From positions 3,936,001 to 4,000,000 of the forward strand of contig CAWIAD010000002.1 of assembly GCA_963833985.1 (NCBI GenBank): a stretch of 64,000 nt of DNA. Direction: 5' to 3'. Origin of the DNA: an uncultured Planctomycetaceae bacterium (GTDB lineage: Bacteria; Planctomycetota; Planctomycetia; Isosphaerales; Isosphaeraceae). The position numbers and the translations under genes are program-made. Under the pieces are notes generated by a model, which had not been told where the DNA came from, did not search any database, and saw nothing but the letters and a program-made list of their open reading frames with translations. Within the stretch, counting starts at the first letter, position 1, and the number at the start of each line of letters is the position of its first letter. Of the stretch, positions 48,220 to 59,342 are shown piece after piece.

Positions 48220-50283
48220 TCATGGTGCCGCGGCCGTGCCATCCAGCGGCCTGCGGTCCGCCGGCTGCTCGGCCGCCATCTGGTCGGGAGGACCGATCAG
48301 GGGCAGCCGCACCTGGAAAGTCGTTCCCTGGCCGGAGTTGCTGGACCAGGTCAGCGATCCTCCCGCGAGGTTCACGATCCGTGCGGCTCGGGGCAGCCCC
48401 AGTCCGAGTCCCCGGCCGGCTTGCCTGCCGCAGTAGAAAGGATCGAACAGATGCGCACCTTCTGCCGCGGTCATGCCCTTGCCGCTATCGCAGAACCACC
48501 AGCGCAGTTGATTGTCTTCCACGCGTGAGCGCACCAGGAGCCGTCCTCCAGGGGCTGTGGCCTGGATGGCGTTGCGCACCAGGGTCTCGGCGAGATGCCC
48601 GAGCGCATCGGGGTCTGCCCAGGCTGGCGAATCGGCCGGCTCCAGCTCGCTCTCGAGTCGGACTCCGCGTGCCTCGCACTCCTGCTTGACGCTTGCCAGG
48701 CAAGCGCGCAGCACATCGGCAGGACGGCAGGCGCGGGGCCGCAGAGCCGCCGGACGAGCCACGAACATCAGGTCGCGCAAGATCCGGTGCGTCCGCTGAG
48801 CCTGGTTGAGGATGATCCGCAGCGAGCGGCTGTCCTCGGCGTTCTGAGACCGGCCAAGCAAGAGCTGGGCCCGACCCACGATCACGGCGAGTGGGTTGTT
48901 CAGCTCATGTCCGGCGCCGGCGGCGAACTCCGCCAGGGCCTGAAGCCTTGCCTCCCGGGTTTCGCTCTCCTGGTCCAGGTGCTGCTGCCGTACGGCCGCG
49001 ACGATCGTTTGCAGTCTCGTTTCCACCGATGCACGGCCGGCCAGGAGCGATGCCCAGGCCTCCCAGGCAGCCAGTAGACGCGAGTTTTCCAGGCGACTGA
49101 GCAACCCGGGCTGGCGCTCGTCGCACCAGAGCTGGATTTCCGCGCCCGCCGGGCCCACGGAGTTCCACGGCAGCACCAGCGATGGCGGCCGGCCATCGTA
49201 CTGCTCCGACTTTTGCTCGGCCGCAACCGTGGCGTGATCCGGAGGCACCGGGGTGGCCTGGTCCTTCCACACGATCCGAGCGGCGGTCACTTCGGGCTCG
49301 GAACACCAGATCATGCCGACCCGGTCCATCCAGGATCCCAGAGGCTCGGTCGGCCGTGCGTCGGCCATGGCCTGGAAGAGCCGCTCCTGGCTGGCACAGC
49401 GGGCATGGACCTCCGCCAGGCGGACCATGAGGCGGGCGTTCTGCCGGGTCATCTTCTCCTCGTGGACCGTGGCGTCGGCCGCGGCGAAGAGCGACCCACA
49501 GCGTGACTGGACCTCCGCCACGACGATTCGCAGCCGGGGATCGCCGGGCATCGCCTCCTGGTCGGCACGGGGAAAGAGGGCCCAGGGCGTCTGTTCCGCC
49601 CAGAGGAACGCCTGCTGGATGAGCGCCAGGGGCCCGGTCTCGGCGGCCCCATGATTCAGCACTGCGGATGAGGGGGCATGCAGCCAGGCCGCGTCCACGA
49701 CGAGCGGGTCGCATCTCCAGCCTTCGGCGAGCCGGCGGCCAAGGTCACAGAGATCCGTCCCGAACTGCGCCCGTTCGCGCTCTTGACGCACGCGCGGATC
49801 GGTCTCGCCGAGCCACCCGACGATCCATTCCGGATCAATGGCCGCGATGGCCCAGCGGGCCAGTCCGTGTAACAGTGCGGCGCGTTCGAGCCGGTCGGGA
49901 TGGGGCGCGCCCGTCTCGCGAGCCAGTGAGCGCGCGGCCACGCTCACCGCGACCGAGTGCCTCCAGAGCCTTTGAAAGACCTCGGCGCGCGGGCCGCCAA
50001 GGTTTCCCGCGGACCACCACGGCAGCTCTGCGATGAGCTGGAGCGGTTGAACTGCTCGACCGCCGATCTGTTCGGCGAGGATCCAGCCGGGATCCACGTC
50101 GAGCTCGGCACGGATGCGCGTCCAGTCAGCGCCCGGAGAACCCGCATCGAGATCGGCCTGGGATGCCGCATTCATCACCAGCCGGGCGGTCTGGGGGCGA
50201 ACCGGTAGATGCTCAAGCCGTTCCACGCGGCTGCGCAGTCTGGCGGAATCAGCTTTCCGTCCTGGATGGGCCGGCACAGTCAT
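48220..50283 (-). CDS. HDOD-domain histidine kinase
   Basis: LWRHSVAV..AAR.LA and ALLH.L (HDOD); AGHELNNPL, NAIQA, DSGKGM, GLGLGL. Confidence 0.85.
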   Translation of the reverse strand: MTVPAHPGRKADSARLRSRVERLEHLPVRPQTARLVMNAASQADLDAGSPGADWTRIRAELDVDPGWILAEQIGGRAVQPLQLIAELPWWSAGNLGGPRAEVFQRLWRHSVAVSVAARSLARETGAPHPDRLERAALLHGLARWAIAAIDPEWIVGWLGETDPRVRQERERAQFGTDLCDLGRRLAEGWRCDPLVVDAAWLHAPSSAVLNHGAAETGPLALIQQAFLWAEQTPWALFPRADQEAMPGDPRLRIVVAEVQSRCGSLFAAADATVHEEKMTRQNARLMVRLAEVHARCASQERLFQAMADARPTEPLGSWMDRVGMIWCSEPEVTAARIVWKDQATPVPPDHATVAAEQKSEQYDGRPPSLVLPWNSVGPAGAEIQLWCDERQPGLLSRLENSRLLAAWEAWASLLAGRASVETRLQTIVAAVRQQHLDQESETREARLQALAEFAAGAGHELNNPLAVIVGRAQLLLGRSQNAEDSRSLRIILNQAQRTHRILRDLMFVARPAALRPRACRPADVLRACLASVKQECEARGVRLESELEPADSPAWADPDALGHLAETLVRNAIQATAPGGRLLVRSRVEDNQLRWWFCDSGKGMTAAEGAHLFDPFYCGRQAGRGLGLGLPRAARIVNLAGGSLTWSSNSGQGTTFQVRLPLIGPPDQMAAEQPADRRPLDGTAAAP

Positions 50284-50405
50284 CGGGCTCCTTCCCGATC
50301 CGCCATTGCATGGATGCCCAGGAAGTTCGAATCAAGACCGATCTTGGAACGATCGGGTCGTTGCAAGCCGGCATGCCGCGGTTTGGAACGGGGCCGGTTC
50401 GAGCT

Positions 50406-50987
50406 TCAGCTCAGGGCGCTGGTCTCCATATCCAAGAGTCGGCAAATCCGCTTCATCAGTTCATCGATATCGAGCGGCTTGTGCAAGAAATCATCGGCGC
50501 CGGACTGGCGCAGCTCCGCGATCCTGTCCTCTTCCACCATTCCCGAAATGCAGATGATCTTGATGTCGGACATCGTCGGGTCGCGGCGAATCAGTTCGCA
50601 GACCGCCTGGCCGTTGATGTCCGGCAGCATCACGTCAAGGATGATCAGATCGGGATGATACTCCTTGGCAAGCATCCCGGCACCGAAACCGTTGTTGACG
50701 GTTTTTTGCTCGAATCGCGCATCGGTGGCCAGGACCTCCGAGATCAGGTCGACCACGGCCTGGTCGTCATCCACGATCAGAATCCTCCGGCGTCCGCTCT
50801 CCAGCGCGTCCGTGGGGATTCCATTCTCTTTCATGAACCGGAAAAGCGCCTCCCGAGGAATGCGCCGGAACCGCGAGCCCGGAACCCGGAAGCCCTTGAG
50901 CTGGCCGGAGTCGAAACAGCGGATGATGGTTTGCTGGCTGACCTTGCAAATCTTTGCTGCCTCGCCAGTGGTGTAAACGGTTTTCAT
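50406..50987 (-). CDS. Response regulator with N-terminal excisionase/MerR-like HTH
   Basis: YTTGEAAKICKVSQQTIIRCFDSG...FRRIP; receiver IVDDD, LDVMLPD, FLHKP. Confidence 0.92.
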   Translation of the reverse strand: MKTVYTTGEAAKICKVSQQTIIRCFDSGQLKGFRVPGSRFRRIPREALFRFMKENGIPTDALESGRRRILIVDDDQAVVDLISEVLATDARFEQKTVNNGFGAGMLAKEYHPDLIILDVMLPDINGQAVCELIRRDPTMSDIKIICISGMVEEDRIAELRQSGADDFLHKPLDIDELMKRICRLLDMETSALS

Positions 50988-51228
50988 GGTCTTGTGGGTC
51001 CCGATTCGCAAGATCAAGGACGTGGTCGCCCGCCCCGTCGGGCCTTGCCGGCTGGCGCGAAACGACAACAGGTCTTGATCTGCCTCCATGCAACACTCCC
51101 TTGTCAAGAAACTCGACATCTCCGGGTCGGGCGACGTTGCCACGTCGAACCGCCGCATCTCCTCGGTATCGCACAAGCCGTAAAATCTGCGAAGCCTGTA
51201 GATATTGCCGAGCTTGCCAATCCAGCCA

Positions 51229-51256
51229 ATTGTAAAATAGCACTCGGAATTGTCAA
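51229..51256 (-). promoter_or_regulatory. Putative sigma70 promoter for the response regulator-HDOD kinase operon
   Basis: Minus-strand TTGACA-N16-TACAAT in an AT-richer intergenic stretch. Confidence 0.6.
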
Positions 51257-51593
51257 TCCGGATGGAAAACGCCAATCATTCTTCCTAGCTTCCTCAAGCT
51301 CGCCAGGCAGAGCCGTGCTGACAGTGATCTTCAGTCCAATCTTATTTTACCAGGGGGATATGGACAAAAAACAAGGCACCTGGCAAGAAACTTCCAGTTG
51401 CCCTGGGAAGGTATCGTTTGCCTGACAAGCAGAGGGGACGACGATCGAGTCGCTAGGCGTGGCCGACGGCCTCGGATCGAGAACGTAAGGGTTCTCCGGG
51501 ATCTGTGCAAGAGGGGCTGGGCGACGACGGGGAAACGAAGGGCATGATCTGGGTGCCGGGAACGCGTCCGGAGATACCACGAGCCGCGCGATC

Positions 51594-53453
51594 CTAGTCC
51601 TCCGGCACCTCCTGTCTTTCGTCCACGGCCGAAGTTCCACGCTTGAGCTGGATGAGCAGGGTGGCCAGATCGGCCGGGCTGATGCCGCTGATCCGACCTG
51701 CCTGCCCCAATGAACGGGGCCGGATGCGCTCGAACTTCTCGCGTGCCTCCGCCCGCAGCTGCGGAATGGTCCGGTAATCGAGATCCTCGGGAATCGACTT
51801 GTTCTCGAGCCGTCGGAAACGCTCGATCTGCTCGATTTGCCTGCCGATGTAGCCGTCGTACTTGGCCTCGATGACAAGCTGGGAGCTCACATCCGGGGAG
51901 GAGCCGTTGCTGCCGAGCGACGGGTCGAGTTCCACCATCTGGTCCCAGGTCGAACCCGGCTTTCGCAGCCACTCGTAGAGCGAGCTGCCGCGCACCCGGG
52001 TTGTTCTGAGCTGGTCGCGGAGACGGCCGATCGCCTCGCTCCGCGCCTGGAATCGCTCCCATCGCAGGTCATCCACGAGGCCGACGTCGCGGCCGATCGC
52101 GGTGAGCCGCATGTCCGCATTGTCGTGCCGCAGAAGCAGCCGATACTCGGCGCGGCTGGTGAACATACGGTATGGTTCGTCGACGCCCCGCGTGACCAGG
52201 TCATCAATGAGCACGCCAAGGTAGGCCTGGGACCGGTCGATGACCAGCGGGGCCTGATCGCGCACCGCCAGTGCGGCATTGACCCCGGCAATGAGCCCCT
52301 GCGCTGCGGCCTCCTCGTAGCCTGTGGTGCCGTTGAGCTGTCCGGCGAAGTAGAGTCCCGGCACGCGCTTGGTCTCGAGCGTCGCATGGAGCTGTTCGGG
52401 CGGCGCATAATCGTACTCGACAGCATAACCGTAGCGCATGATCTCGGCGTGCTCCAGCCCGCTGATGCGCGCGATGATCGCTTCCTGCACGTCGCGCGGC
52501 AGGCTTGTGGAAATGCCGTTGCAGTAGTATTCCAGCGTGTTCCGCCCCTCCGGCTCCAGGAAGATCTGGTGTGCGGCGCGATCGGCAAAGCGGACGACCT
52601 TGTCCTCGATCGACGGGCAGTAGCGCGGTCCCGTCGATTCGATCTGCCCCGAGTACATCGGCGCCCGGTGCAGATTCACGCGGATGATGTCGTGGACTTC
52701 CGGGGTTGTGTACGTGATGTGGCAATCCATCTGGCTCTGGCGGATCTGCTCGGTCAGGAACGAGAACGGCACGGGCTCGGCATCCCCGGGCTGGGGTTCC
52801 AGGCGCTCGAAATCAATGGTGCGCCCGTTCAGACGGGGGGGCGTCCCTGTCTTGAACCGGCGGAGCTCGAAGCCGAGTTCGAGCAGGCTCCGCGAGAGCC
52901 CGGCCGCGGCCGCATCGCCGCCTCGTCCGCCGGGCGTCTTCACCTCGCCGGTGTGCATGAGCGCCTGGAGAAAGGTGCCGGTCGTGAGCACCGTGGCGCG
53001 TGCCGTGTAGACCACGCCTCCCCGGCAGTCCACTCCTGAAACCCGACCCTGGCTGAAGGCGATGGACTCAACCGTCTCCTGCCGGAGCGTGAGGTTGGCC
53101 TGGCGCTCGACGGTCAGCTTGGCCAAAAACTGATAGGCCTTCTTGTCGCATTGCGCCCGCGGGCTGTGCATGGCCGGCCCCTTGCCACGGTTGAGCAGCC
53201 GGAACTGGATGGCCGTCGCGTCGGTCAAGAGCCCCATCGCACCGCCAAGGGCATCGATCTCGCGCACGATCTGCCCCTTCGCAACTCCGCCGATGGCCGG
53301 GTTACAGCTCATCTGGCCCACCGTGTCGCAGTTCATGGTCAGCAGCGCCGTGCGCAGGCCCATCCGCGCGCTCGCCAGCGCTGCCTCCAGGCCGGCATGC
53401 CCGGCGCCCACCACGACCACGTCAAACTGGTAAGGGGATTGCGTGCGCATCAT
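51594..53453 (-). CDS. mnmG: tRNA U34 carboxymethylaminomethyl modification enzyme MnmG (GidA)
   Basis: [64 protein letters not shown]. Confidence 0.97.
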   Translation of the reverse strand: MMRTQSPYQFDVVVVGAGHAGLEAALASARMGLRTALLTMNCDTVGQMSCNPAIGGVAKGQIVREIDALGGAMGLLTDATAIQFRLLNRGKGPAMHSPRAQCDKKAYQFLAKLTVERQANLTLRQETVESIAFSQGRVSGVDCRGGVVYTARATVLTTGTFLQALMHTGEVKTPGGRGGDAAAAGLSRSLLELGFELRRFKTGTPPRLNGRTIDFERLEPQPGDAEPVPFSFLTEQIRQSQMDCHITYTTPEVHDIIRVNLHRAPMYSGQIESTGPRYCPSIEDKVVRFADRAAHQIFLEPEGRNTLEYYCNGISTSLPRDVQEAIIARISGLEHAEIMRYGYAVEYDYAPPEQLHATLETKRVPGLYFAGQLNGTTGYEEAAAQGLIAGVNAALAVRDQAPLVIDRSQAYLGVLIDDLVTRGVDEPYRMFTSRAEYRLLLRHDNADMRLTAIGRDVGLVDDLRWERFQARSEAIGRLRDQLRTTRVRGSSLYEWLRKPGSTWDQMVELDPSLGSNGSSPDVSSQLVIEAKYDGYIGRQIEQIERFRRLENKSIPEDLDYRTIPQLRAEAREKFERIRPRSLGQAGRISGISPADLATLLIQLKRGTSAVDERQEVPED

Positions 53454-53778
53454 GAAGTCCGGATCTGCGGAAGCCTGTTCCGACGTCTCAGCTTCTGGCC
53501 GTACCTCATCTTAGGGCTCGCTCTCCACATCGAACAGGGTGACCGCGTGGAGGGGGAGCGAATCCCGAGGGTCCAGGCTCGCTCTCCGAGCGGAATCACG
53601 CATCCGGCGGCACGACTCGCTGACCGAATCCTGCCGGACCGAACCGGCCCGTTGCGGTGGCTTTCAACCCGATCCGACTGCTTGCACCTGCCTGCGCTCT
53701 CAGGCTATGGTGGACATCTCGCGTGGTGGATCGTGATCAGCACCCAGGTGCATCATCCATTCCAGGGGAACCGCAGCC

Positions 53779-54309
53779 ATGGCAGAGACACGCAAGGGCG
53801 AAGTGACTTTCAAGGGGAACCCCATCGAACTGGTCGGGCCCAAGCTGAAGCCCGGTGACCCCGCGCCGGATTTCACCTGCGTGGGAGCGGGGCTCGCTGT
53901 AGTCAAGCTGGCCGATACCGCGGGCAAGGCTCGGCTCTTCAACGTGGTTCCCTCGCTCGACACGCCCGTCTGCAACAAGCAGACCAAACGCTTCGCCGAG
54001 GAGCTCAAGAGCCTGGGTGACAAGGTCGCCGCGTACACCGTGAGCCTTGATCTGCCGTTCGCCCAGGCCCGCTTCTGCACTGATGCACATATCGAGAACA
54101 TGAACAATCTTTCGGACGTGCACAATCAGAGCTTCGGCCAGCACTACGGGGTTCTGATCCAGGGCTTGCCCATTCCGCTGCTGGCGCGGGCCGTGTTCGT
54201 GGTTGACCCGTCGAACAAGATCACCTACGCCGAGATCGTCCCCGAGATCGGGCAAGAGCCCGATTACGAACCTGCGCTCAGTGCGCTCAAATCCGCCGCC
54301 GGCGCATAG
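53779..54309 (+). CDS. tpx: Thiol peroxidase (Tpx-type peroxiredoxin)
   Basis: VPSLDTPVC, SLDLPFAQARFC, LARAVFV, EPDY. Confidence 0.95.
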   Translation: MAETRKGEVTFKGNPIELVGPKLKPGDPAPDFTCVGAGLAVVKLADTAGKARLFNVVPSLDTPVCNKQTKRFAEELKSLGDKVAAYTVSLDLPFAQARFCTDAHIENMNNLSDVHNQSFGQHYGVLIQGLPIPLLARAVFVVDPSNKITYAEIVPEIGQEPDYEPALSALKSAAGA

Positions 54310-54317
54310 CGCAAGCG

Positions 54318-54593
54318 TCAGCGGCCACCCGAAAACCAGCCATCGGTCAGCATGGCCAGAACCCCGCTCGCCAGCATGAGCACGAACTCGATGCCCAGGA
54401 TGAGCGGGCCCTGGCGATCGAGCCAGGCGGCGAGCCGGCGCGAGCCCTCACCCTGGTGCGCGGGGCCTTGCCCGAGCACGTTCGGGGCCATCAGGTACGC
54501 CAGCACGGTCACCACGAACAATGTGCTGACGATCATCACCCCGATGTAGAACGGGTTCGAGAAGGCGGAGTTCTTGCGCCGGGTCGCTGGCAT
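54318..54593 (-). CDS. Small hypothetical two-TM membrane protein
   Basis: NPFY followed by two hydrophobic helices; directly after ndk. Confidence 0.65.
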   Translation of the reverse strand: MPATRRKNSAFSNPFYIGVMIVSTLFVVTVLAYLMAPNVLGQGPAHQGEGSRRLAAWLDRQGPLILGIEFVLMLASGVLAMLTDGWFSGGR

Positions 54594-54597
54594 CGGT

Positions 54598-55053
54598 TCA
54601 GGCCCCGGCGAATACCCACTGGTCGCCTGCAAGGCTGTAGTCGACGACCTCCTCGGGTCGAAACCAGAGTGCAATCTCGCGCTGGGCCGATTCGGGGCTG
54701 TCGCTGCCGTGGACCAGGTTGTTCTGCTTGCTGATCGAGAAATCGCCGCGGATCGTCCCCGGCGCGGCAGCCACGCCATTGGTCGCGCCCAGCATCGACC
54801 GCACGACGCCGATCGCCTCGTTCCCCTCGAGCACGCCCACGACCACCGGGCCGCCGGTGATGAACGTGATCAAACCCTCGAAGAACGGTTTGCCAAGGTG
54901 TTCGGCGTAGTGCTTCTCGCCCAGGCTGCGGTCCACCTGCATGAGCTTCAGCGCGGCAATGCGCAGGCCCTTGCTCTCAAGGCGTGCCAGGATCGAGCCA
55001 ACCAACCGGCGCTGGACGCAGTCCGGCTTGAAAATGATCAGAGTACGTTGCAT
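54598..55053 (-). CDS. ndk: Nucleoside diphosphate kinase
   Basis: RTLIIFKPD, HYAEH.GKPFF, PGTIRGDF, NLVHGSDS. Confidence 0.96.
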   Translation of the reverse strand: MQRTLIIFKPDCVQRRLVGSILARLESKGLRIAALKLMQVDRSLGEKHYAEHLGKPFFEGLITFITGGPVVVGVLEGNEAIGVVRSMLGATNGVAAAPGTIRGDFSISKQNNLVHGSDSPESAQREIALWFRPEEVVDYSLAGDQWVFAGA

Positions 55054-55161
55054 GCGACTGAACCCATATATGCTGAAGGAAAAAGGCGGCACGGAGGGGA
55101 GTGAAATCTCGTGGCCCTGGTCGGCAAGCTGTGACTCCGGCTCTTCCGCGACCGCGCCAGT

Positions 55162-55658
55162 TTAGTCGTCGGCCGGCGGCGTTTGCAACGCTGCGGAAAT
55201 GGTCTCAGCCGGCGGGACGAGCGTCCAGGCAAGCTCGTGGAACGAGTCGGAACCGAGCCGCCAGATGCGCACGACGGGGGGGCTGGAGAGCAGCGAGACG
55301 ATGATCCGGGGCATGTCTCCCCAGTGGTTCTGTTCCAGGTCAGTCCGGCTGGGGACGGCCTCCCAGCGTGGGTGGGAATGATAGATCGCGAGCGTTTCCC
55401 ATTGCCGCTGGCGCAGCCAGACATGGGCCTGGATGTGCTCCTGAGGGTCGGCCAGGTAGCGCTGCTCACTGGCGGCGATGTTGCGCAGGGGATGGATGCT
55501 GCCCACCCGAGGCGCCACGCCCCCCAGGATGCCGCAACACTCCAGGGCGCCTCGCGCCGGCAATGCGCAATCATGGCTTCCAGCAGGTCGGCGGGGATCT
55601 CCAGCGGCGTGAGCGCTGCGCCGCCGGCTCCGGGCTGTGCGGTCGCTGGCGTGCTCAT
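55162..55658 (-). CDS. Mov34/MPN/JAB metalloprotease (M67 family, Mec-like), frameshift near 55545
   Basis: P.ECCGIL and JAMM motif YHSHP...PS..D; one C missing in a C run; start overlaps the cysK stop. Confidence 0.85.
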
Positions 55659-56635
55659 TCGGGAAAAAGCGGCGTGGAAAGGTAGCGCTCACCGAGATCC
55701 GGCAGCACGACGACCACCAGCTTCTCCGCGTTTTCCGCCCTCCGGGAGACCACCAGCGCGCCCACGACAGCCGCGCCGCAGGAAATGCCGCAGAGCATGC
55801 CCTCCTCGCGGGCAAGGCGGCGAGTCATCTCGAAGGCCTCGTCGTCGCGCACGGCCACCACCTCGTCGATGATGTCCGTGTTGAGCACGTCGGGAATGAA
55901 CCCGGCGCCGATTCCCTGAATCTTGTGCTGGCCGGGACGGAGCGGCTCATGGTTGCGCAACTGGCTGATCACGGGCGAATTCAGCGGTTCGACGGCGACC
56001 ACCTTGAGCGACGGCTTGCGGGCTTTGAGCACCTCGCCGCACCCGGTGATCGTGCCGCCGGTGCCGACGGTGGCGACCAGGATATCCACCTTGCCATCGG
56101 TATCGCGCCAGATCTCCTCGGCCGTCGTTCTGCGATGGATCTCGGGGTTGGCCGGGTTCTTGAACTGCTGAGGCATGAAGGAGTTGGGCGTGTTCTTGAC
56201 GAGCTCCTCCGCCTTCCGCACGGCACCCGGCATGCCCTCGGCGGCGGGCGTGAGCACGATTTCCGCGCCGAACGCCTTGATGAGGCGCCGGCGTTCGAGG
56301 CTCATGCTTTCGGGCATGGTCACCACCAGGTGATAACCACGCGCCGCACAGGTGAAGGCCAGACCGATGCCGGTGTTGCCGCTGGTCGGCTCGATGATCA
56401 CCGAGCCCTTGCGAATCAGGCCCGCGGCCTCGGCCGCGTCGATCATCGCCACGCCGATGCGGTCCTTCACCGACCAGAGCGGATTGAAGTTCTCGAGCTT
56501 GCCGACCACCTCGGCATGGCTGCCCGAAGTGACCCTGCGTAGCCGGATCAGGGGCGTGTTGCCGATGGTCTGGGTGATATCATCATAGATTCGCCCGCGC
56601 TGCCTCGCTTCTGCTCCGCGATTCTCCATCGGCAA
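55655..56635 (-). CDS. cysK: Cysteine synthase A
   Basis: [47 protein letters not shown]. Confidence 0.95.
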   Translation of the reverse strand: MPMENRGAEARQRGRIYDDITQTIGNTPLIRLRRVTSGSHAEVVGKLENFNPLWSVKDRIGVAMIDAAEAAGLIRKGSVIIEPTSGNTGIGLAFTCAARGYHLVVTMPESMSLERRRLIKAFGAEIVLTPAAEGMPGAVRKAEELVKNTPNSFMPQQFKNPANPEIHRRTTAEEIWRDTDGKVDILVATVGTGGTITGCGEVLKARKPSLKVVAVEPLNSPVISQLRNHEPLRPGQHKIQGIGAGFIPDVLNTDIIDEVVAVRDDEAFEMTRRLAREEGMLCGISCGAAVVGALVVSRRAENAEKLVVVVLPDLGERYLSTPLFPE

Positions 56636-56935
56636 TAGCTCCCGAGCGGATCCGACGCCACGGAGAGCAGCACGCGTTCCCCGCCATCAGGCACCGCCCT
56701 GAACCGGAGAGGATCCCTACCATGGTCAGCGCAATGGCCGTGGGCCATGAACCGCGGGTCGAATCCGACACATACCCTATCACAGTAGCGGAGAATGCGA
56801 TGGGGAACAAGCAGAAACGGCCGGGTTGCAGTTGTGGTTGTGGTTGCGGAGGGGAGTCCGCCGGGCAGAGGTCCGGGTGCAAGGACCAAGGAGCCAGGGA
56901 GCGGTCCGGGGAACGGACGAGCCAGGGCGTCCGGA

Positions 56936-57253
56936 TCAAACCGTTTCGGCCGAGTCGTCGAGCTTGGTGTAACCGAGGTCGCGCAGCACTTCGAGAACCT
57001 CGCTCCAGGTGGGGAACATCCGTCCGCTCTTGTGCTTGTATTCGTTCATCGCGAGCATGAACTCGAGCTCCGCCTGGGAGTAGTCGCGTTCGCAGGTGGT
57101 GGGGTCGACGAAGCGGCGTCTGCCGCTGATCTGCCGCGCCTTCGCCGCGCGAGTGGCCTGTTCGCTGGCCTTCCGATTGGCCCATTCCGGGCATGGCGTC
57201 GCGGCAGTCTTGGCCCTGGTCGCGACTTCGGTCTGTCCTGCTGCCTGATACAT
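56936..57253 (-). CDS. Small conserved hypothetical protein (planctomycete-type)
   Basis: [41 protein letters not shown]; start uncertain. Confidence 0.75.
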   Translation of the reverse strand: MYQAAGQTEVATRAKTAATPCPEWANRKASEQATRAAKARQISGRRRFVDPTTCERDYSQAELEFMLAMNEYKHKSGRMFPTWSEVLEVLRDLGYTKLDDSAETV

Positions 57254-57774
57254 CCTTCCAGCTCCTCTTTGCGCCCGTTCTGGAGCCCGACCGGCCCCGC
57301 CTGGCTTGCCCTTGGAGAGAATCTCATCCTGCGGCCTCAAGCCAACCCGACTGCGGTATTCGCCGAAGCGGTACCAGGGTCGTCGAGTCAGTGCTCTTGA
57401 ACGGCCTCCGTAGAGCAACGTAACTCCCGCCGGTGACACCGTGCGTGTCACACACAATTTAATTTGGCGAGATTTTTCGCCGGTCGATCGGACGATGCCC
57501 GCGACGCCAGCGACTGCCTCGCCCCGGCACCGCGGATTCCTCCGCTGTTGCAAATCGGAAACGAAAGCAGAGGGGGCTGCCGGCGGGCCCTGAAGCGCCA
57601 GGACGCAATCGGGAGACATTTCCCGTTGCGCAAGGAAAACGCTTGCTTGCGAGGTGGTTTCCCCGGCGCTCGATTCGGTAAGATATCCGTGGCGCATTGA
57701 CTCAGCATGCGCCAGGGCTTCCACCACGACCTTTCCGCATTTCCCAGCTACGCGCCGGACAGGATGTTGTCGCC

Positions 57775-59305
57775 ATGCCCCAGACTGATCTGGAATCGTT
57801 GACCGACCAGTTGACTCTGATCGGGCTCATCTCACGCGAGCAGTACCGCGAAGCCCGGGCCGAGGCCGAAGACGGCTCCGCGGAAGCCCTCGTCCGGGCT
57901 CTCATGCGCAAGGGCTGGTTGACGAGCTGGCAAGTGGAGCGGCTGAAGAAGGGCGACACGTCCAGCTTTTTCTTCGGCAACTACCGCGCCCTGTTCCACC
58001 TGGCCGAGGGGACATTCGCCCGAGTTTACCGCGGACAACACAGCGAGACGGGATCCTCGGCGGCCATCAAGGTGCTCAGGCAGCGGTTCGCCACAATGCC
58101 CGACGCCGTGCTGCGGTTTCACAAGGAAGCCGAGGCCGGCATGCGGCTGCGGCACCCCAACATCGTACGCCTGGAGGACCAGGGCCAGCAGGACAGCCGC
58201 CATTATATGATCATGGAGTATGTCGAAGGGATGAACCTGCGCGAGTTTCTCAGGCTGCGGGTGCGGCTCAAGGACAGGGAGTCCCTGCCGCTCCTGCTCG
58301 GGCTGGCGCACGGTCTCCAGTACTCGCACGAACAGGGCGTGACGCACCGCGACCTGAAGGCCACCAATATCTTGATCTCCAACGCGGGCGAGGCCAAGCT
58401 GGTCGACTTCGGGCTGGCCACCATCGAGGGAGACGAGTCGCGGCAGCACGGCATGCTCAGCCAGCGCACCGTGGACTACTCGGCGCTCGGAGCGCACCTG
58501 CGGCAGCCCCAAGGGGGACCCGCGGTCGGACATCTACTTCCTCGGCTGCGTGTTCTATCACATGCTCACCGGCCAGATCGCGCTGGAAGACTCCGAGAGC
58601 AAGGACCCGCTCAAGAAGATGCTGAAACGGTCCTTCGGCGTCATCAAGCCCATCAGCGAGCATCGCTACGCCCCCGAGGAGTCCCTGGCCGCGATTGTGG
58701 AACGGATGATGAAGATTGATCTCAAGGCACGCTACCAGAGCATGCGCCAGGTGGTGGAAGAGCTTGAGGAGTATGAAGGCAAGATCAACCCGGCTGTGGC
58801 TGAGGCGCGGGCCTTCGCCCGCAAGTACACGGGCCCGCAGGAAGAAGAAGAGCCGGCCGTCGATGAGCTGCTCACAGAGCAGCGCGCTGAAGTTTTCGAC
58901 CCTCAAGCGCTTGAAGTCAAGACGCTTGGTTCCCGCAACGTGCTCTGCGTCGAGGCTCAAACCGAGATCCAGGATGCGCTCCGCAAGAACCTCTCGCGGA
59001 TGGGCTACCGGGTGCTTCTGGTGACCGATGCCGAACGCGCAGCCGAGCACTACCGGGAATCGCCCCCCGACGCGGTGATCTTCGATGCCGACGGCCTCGG
59101 TTCCGACACGATCTCGGCGCTGGTTGACATGCAAGAGAAGGCCGAGGAAGACGGCCGCACGCTGCTGGCCCTGGTGCTGCTCGGACCGCGCCAGACCGCG
59201 CTCAAGGAGCAGTTGCCCACCGCGGGCAAGCTCGTCGTGCTTGTCAAGCCGATCAAGCTGAAGCAGGTTCAGGACGCGATCAGCGAGCTCTTGCCCTTGA
59301 CCTGA
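57775..59305 (+). CDS. Ser/Thr kinase-like protein with C-terminal receiver-like domain, frameshift near 58488
   Basis: [16 protein letters not shown]; shifted frame [11 protein letters not shown]-terminal VLCVE..., PDAVIFD, LVKP. Confidence 0.85.
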
Positions 59306-59342
59306 ACGCGGCCAACGCCCGCTCCCATCGAGGTAGCCTTGC

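Noticed and set aside
56826..56850. GTTG(C/T)(A/G) hexamer run that could encode a CSCGCGC peptide
   Set aside because: Only four units in intergenic DNA, with no credible ORF context
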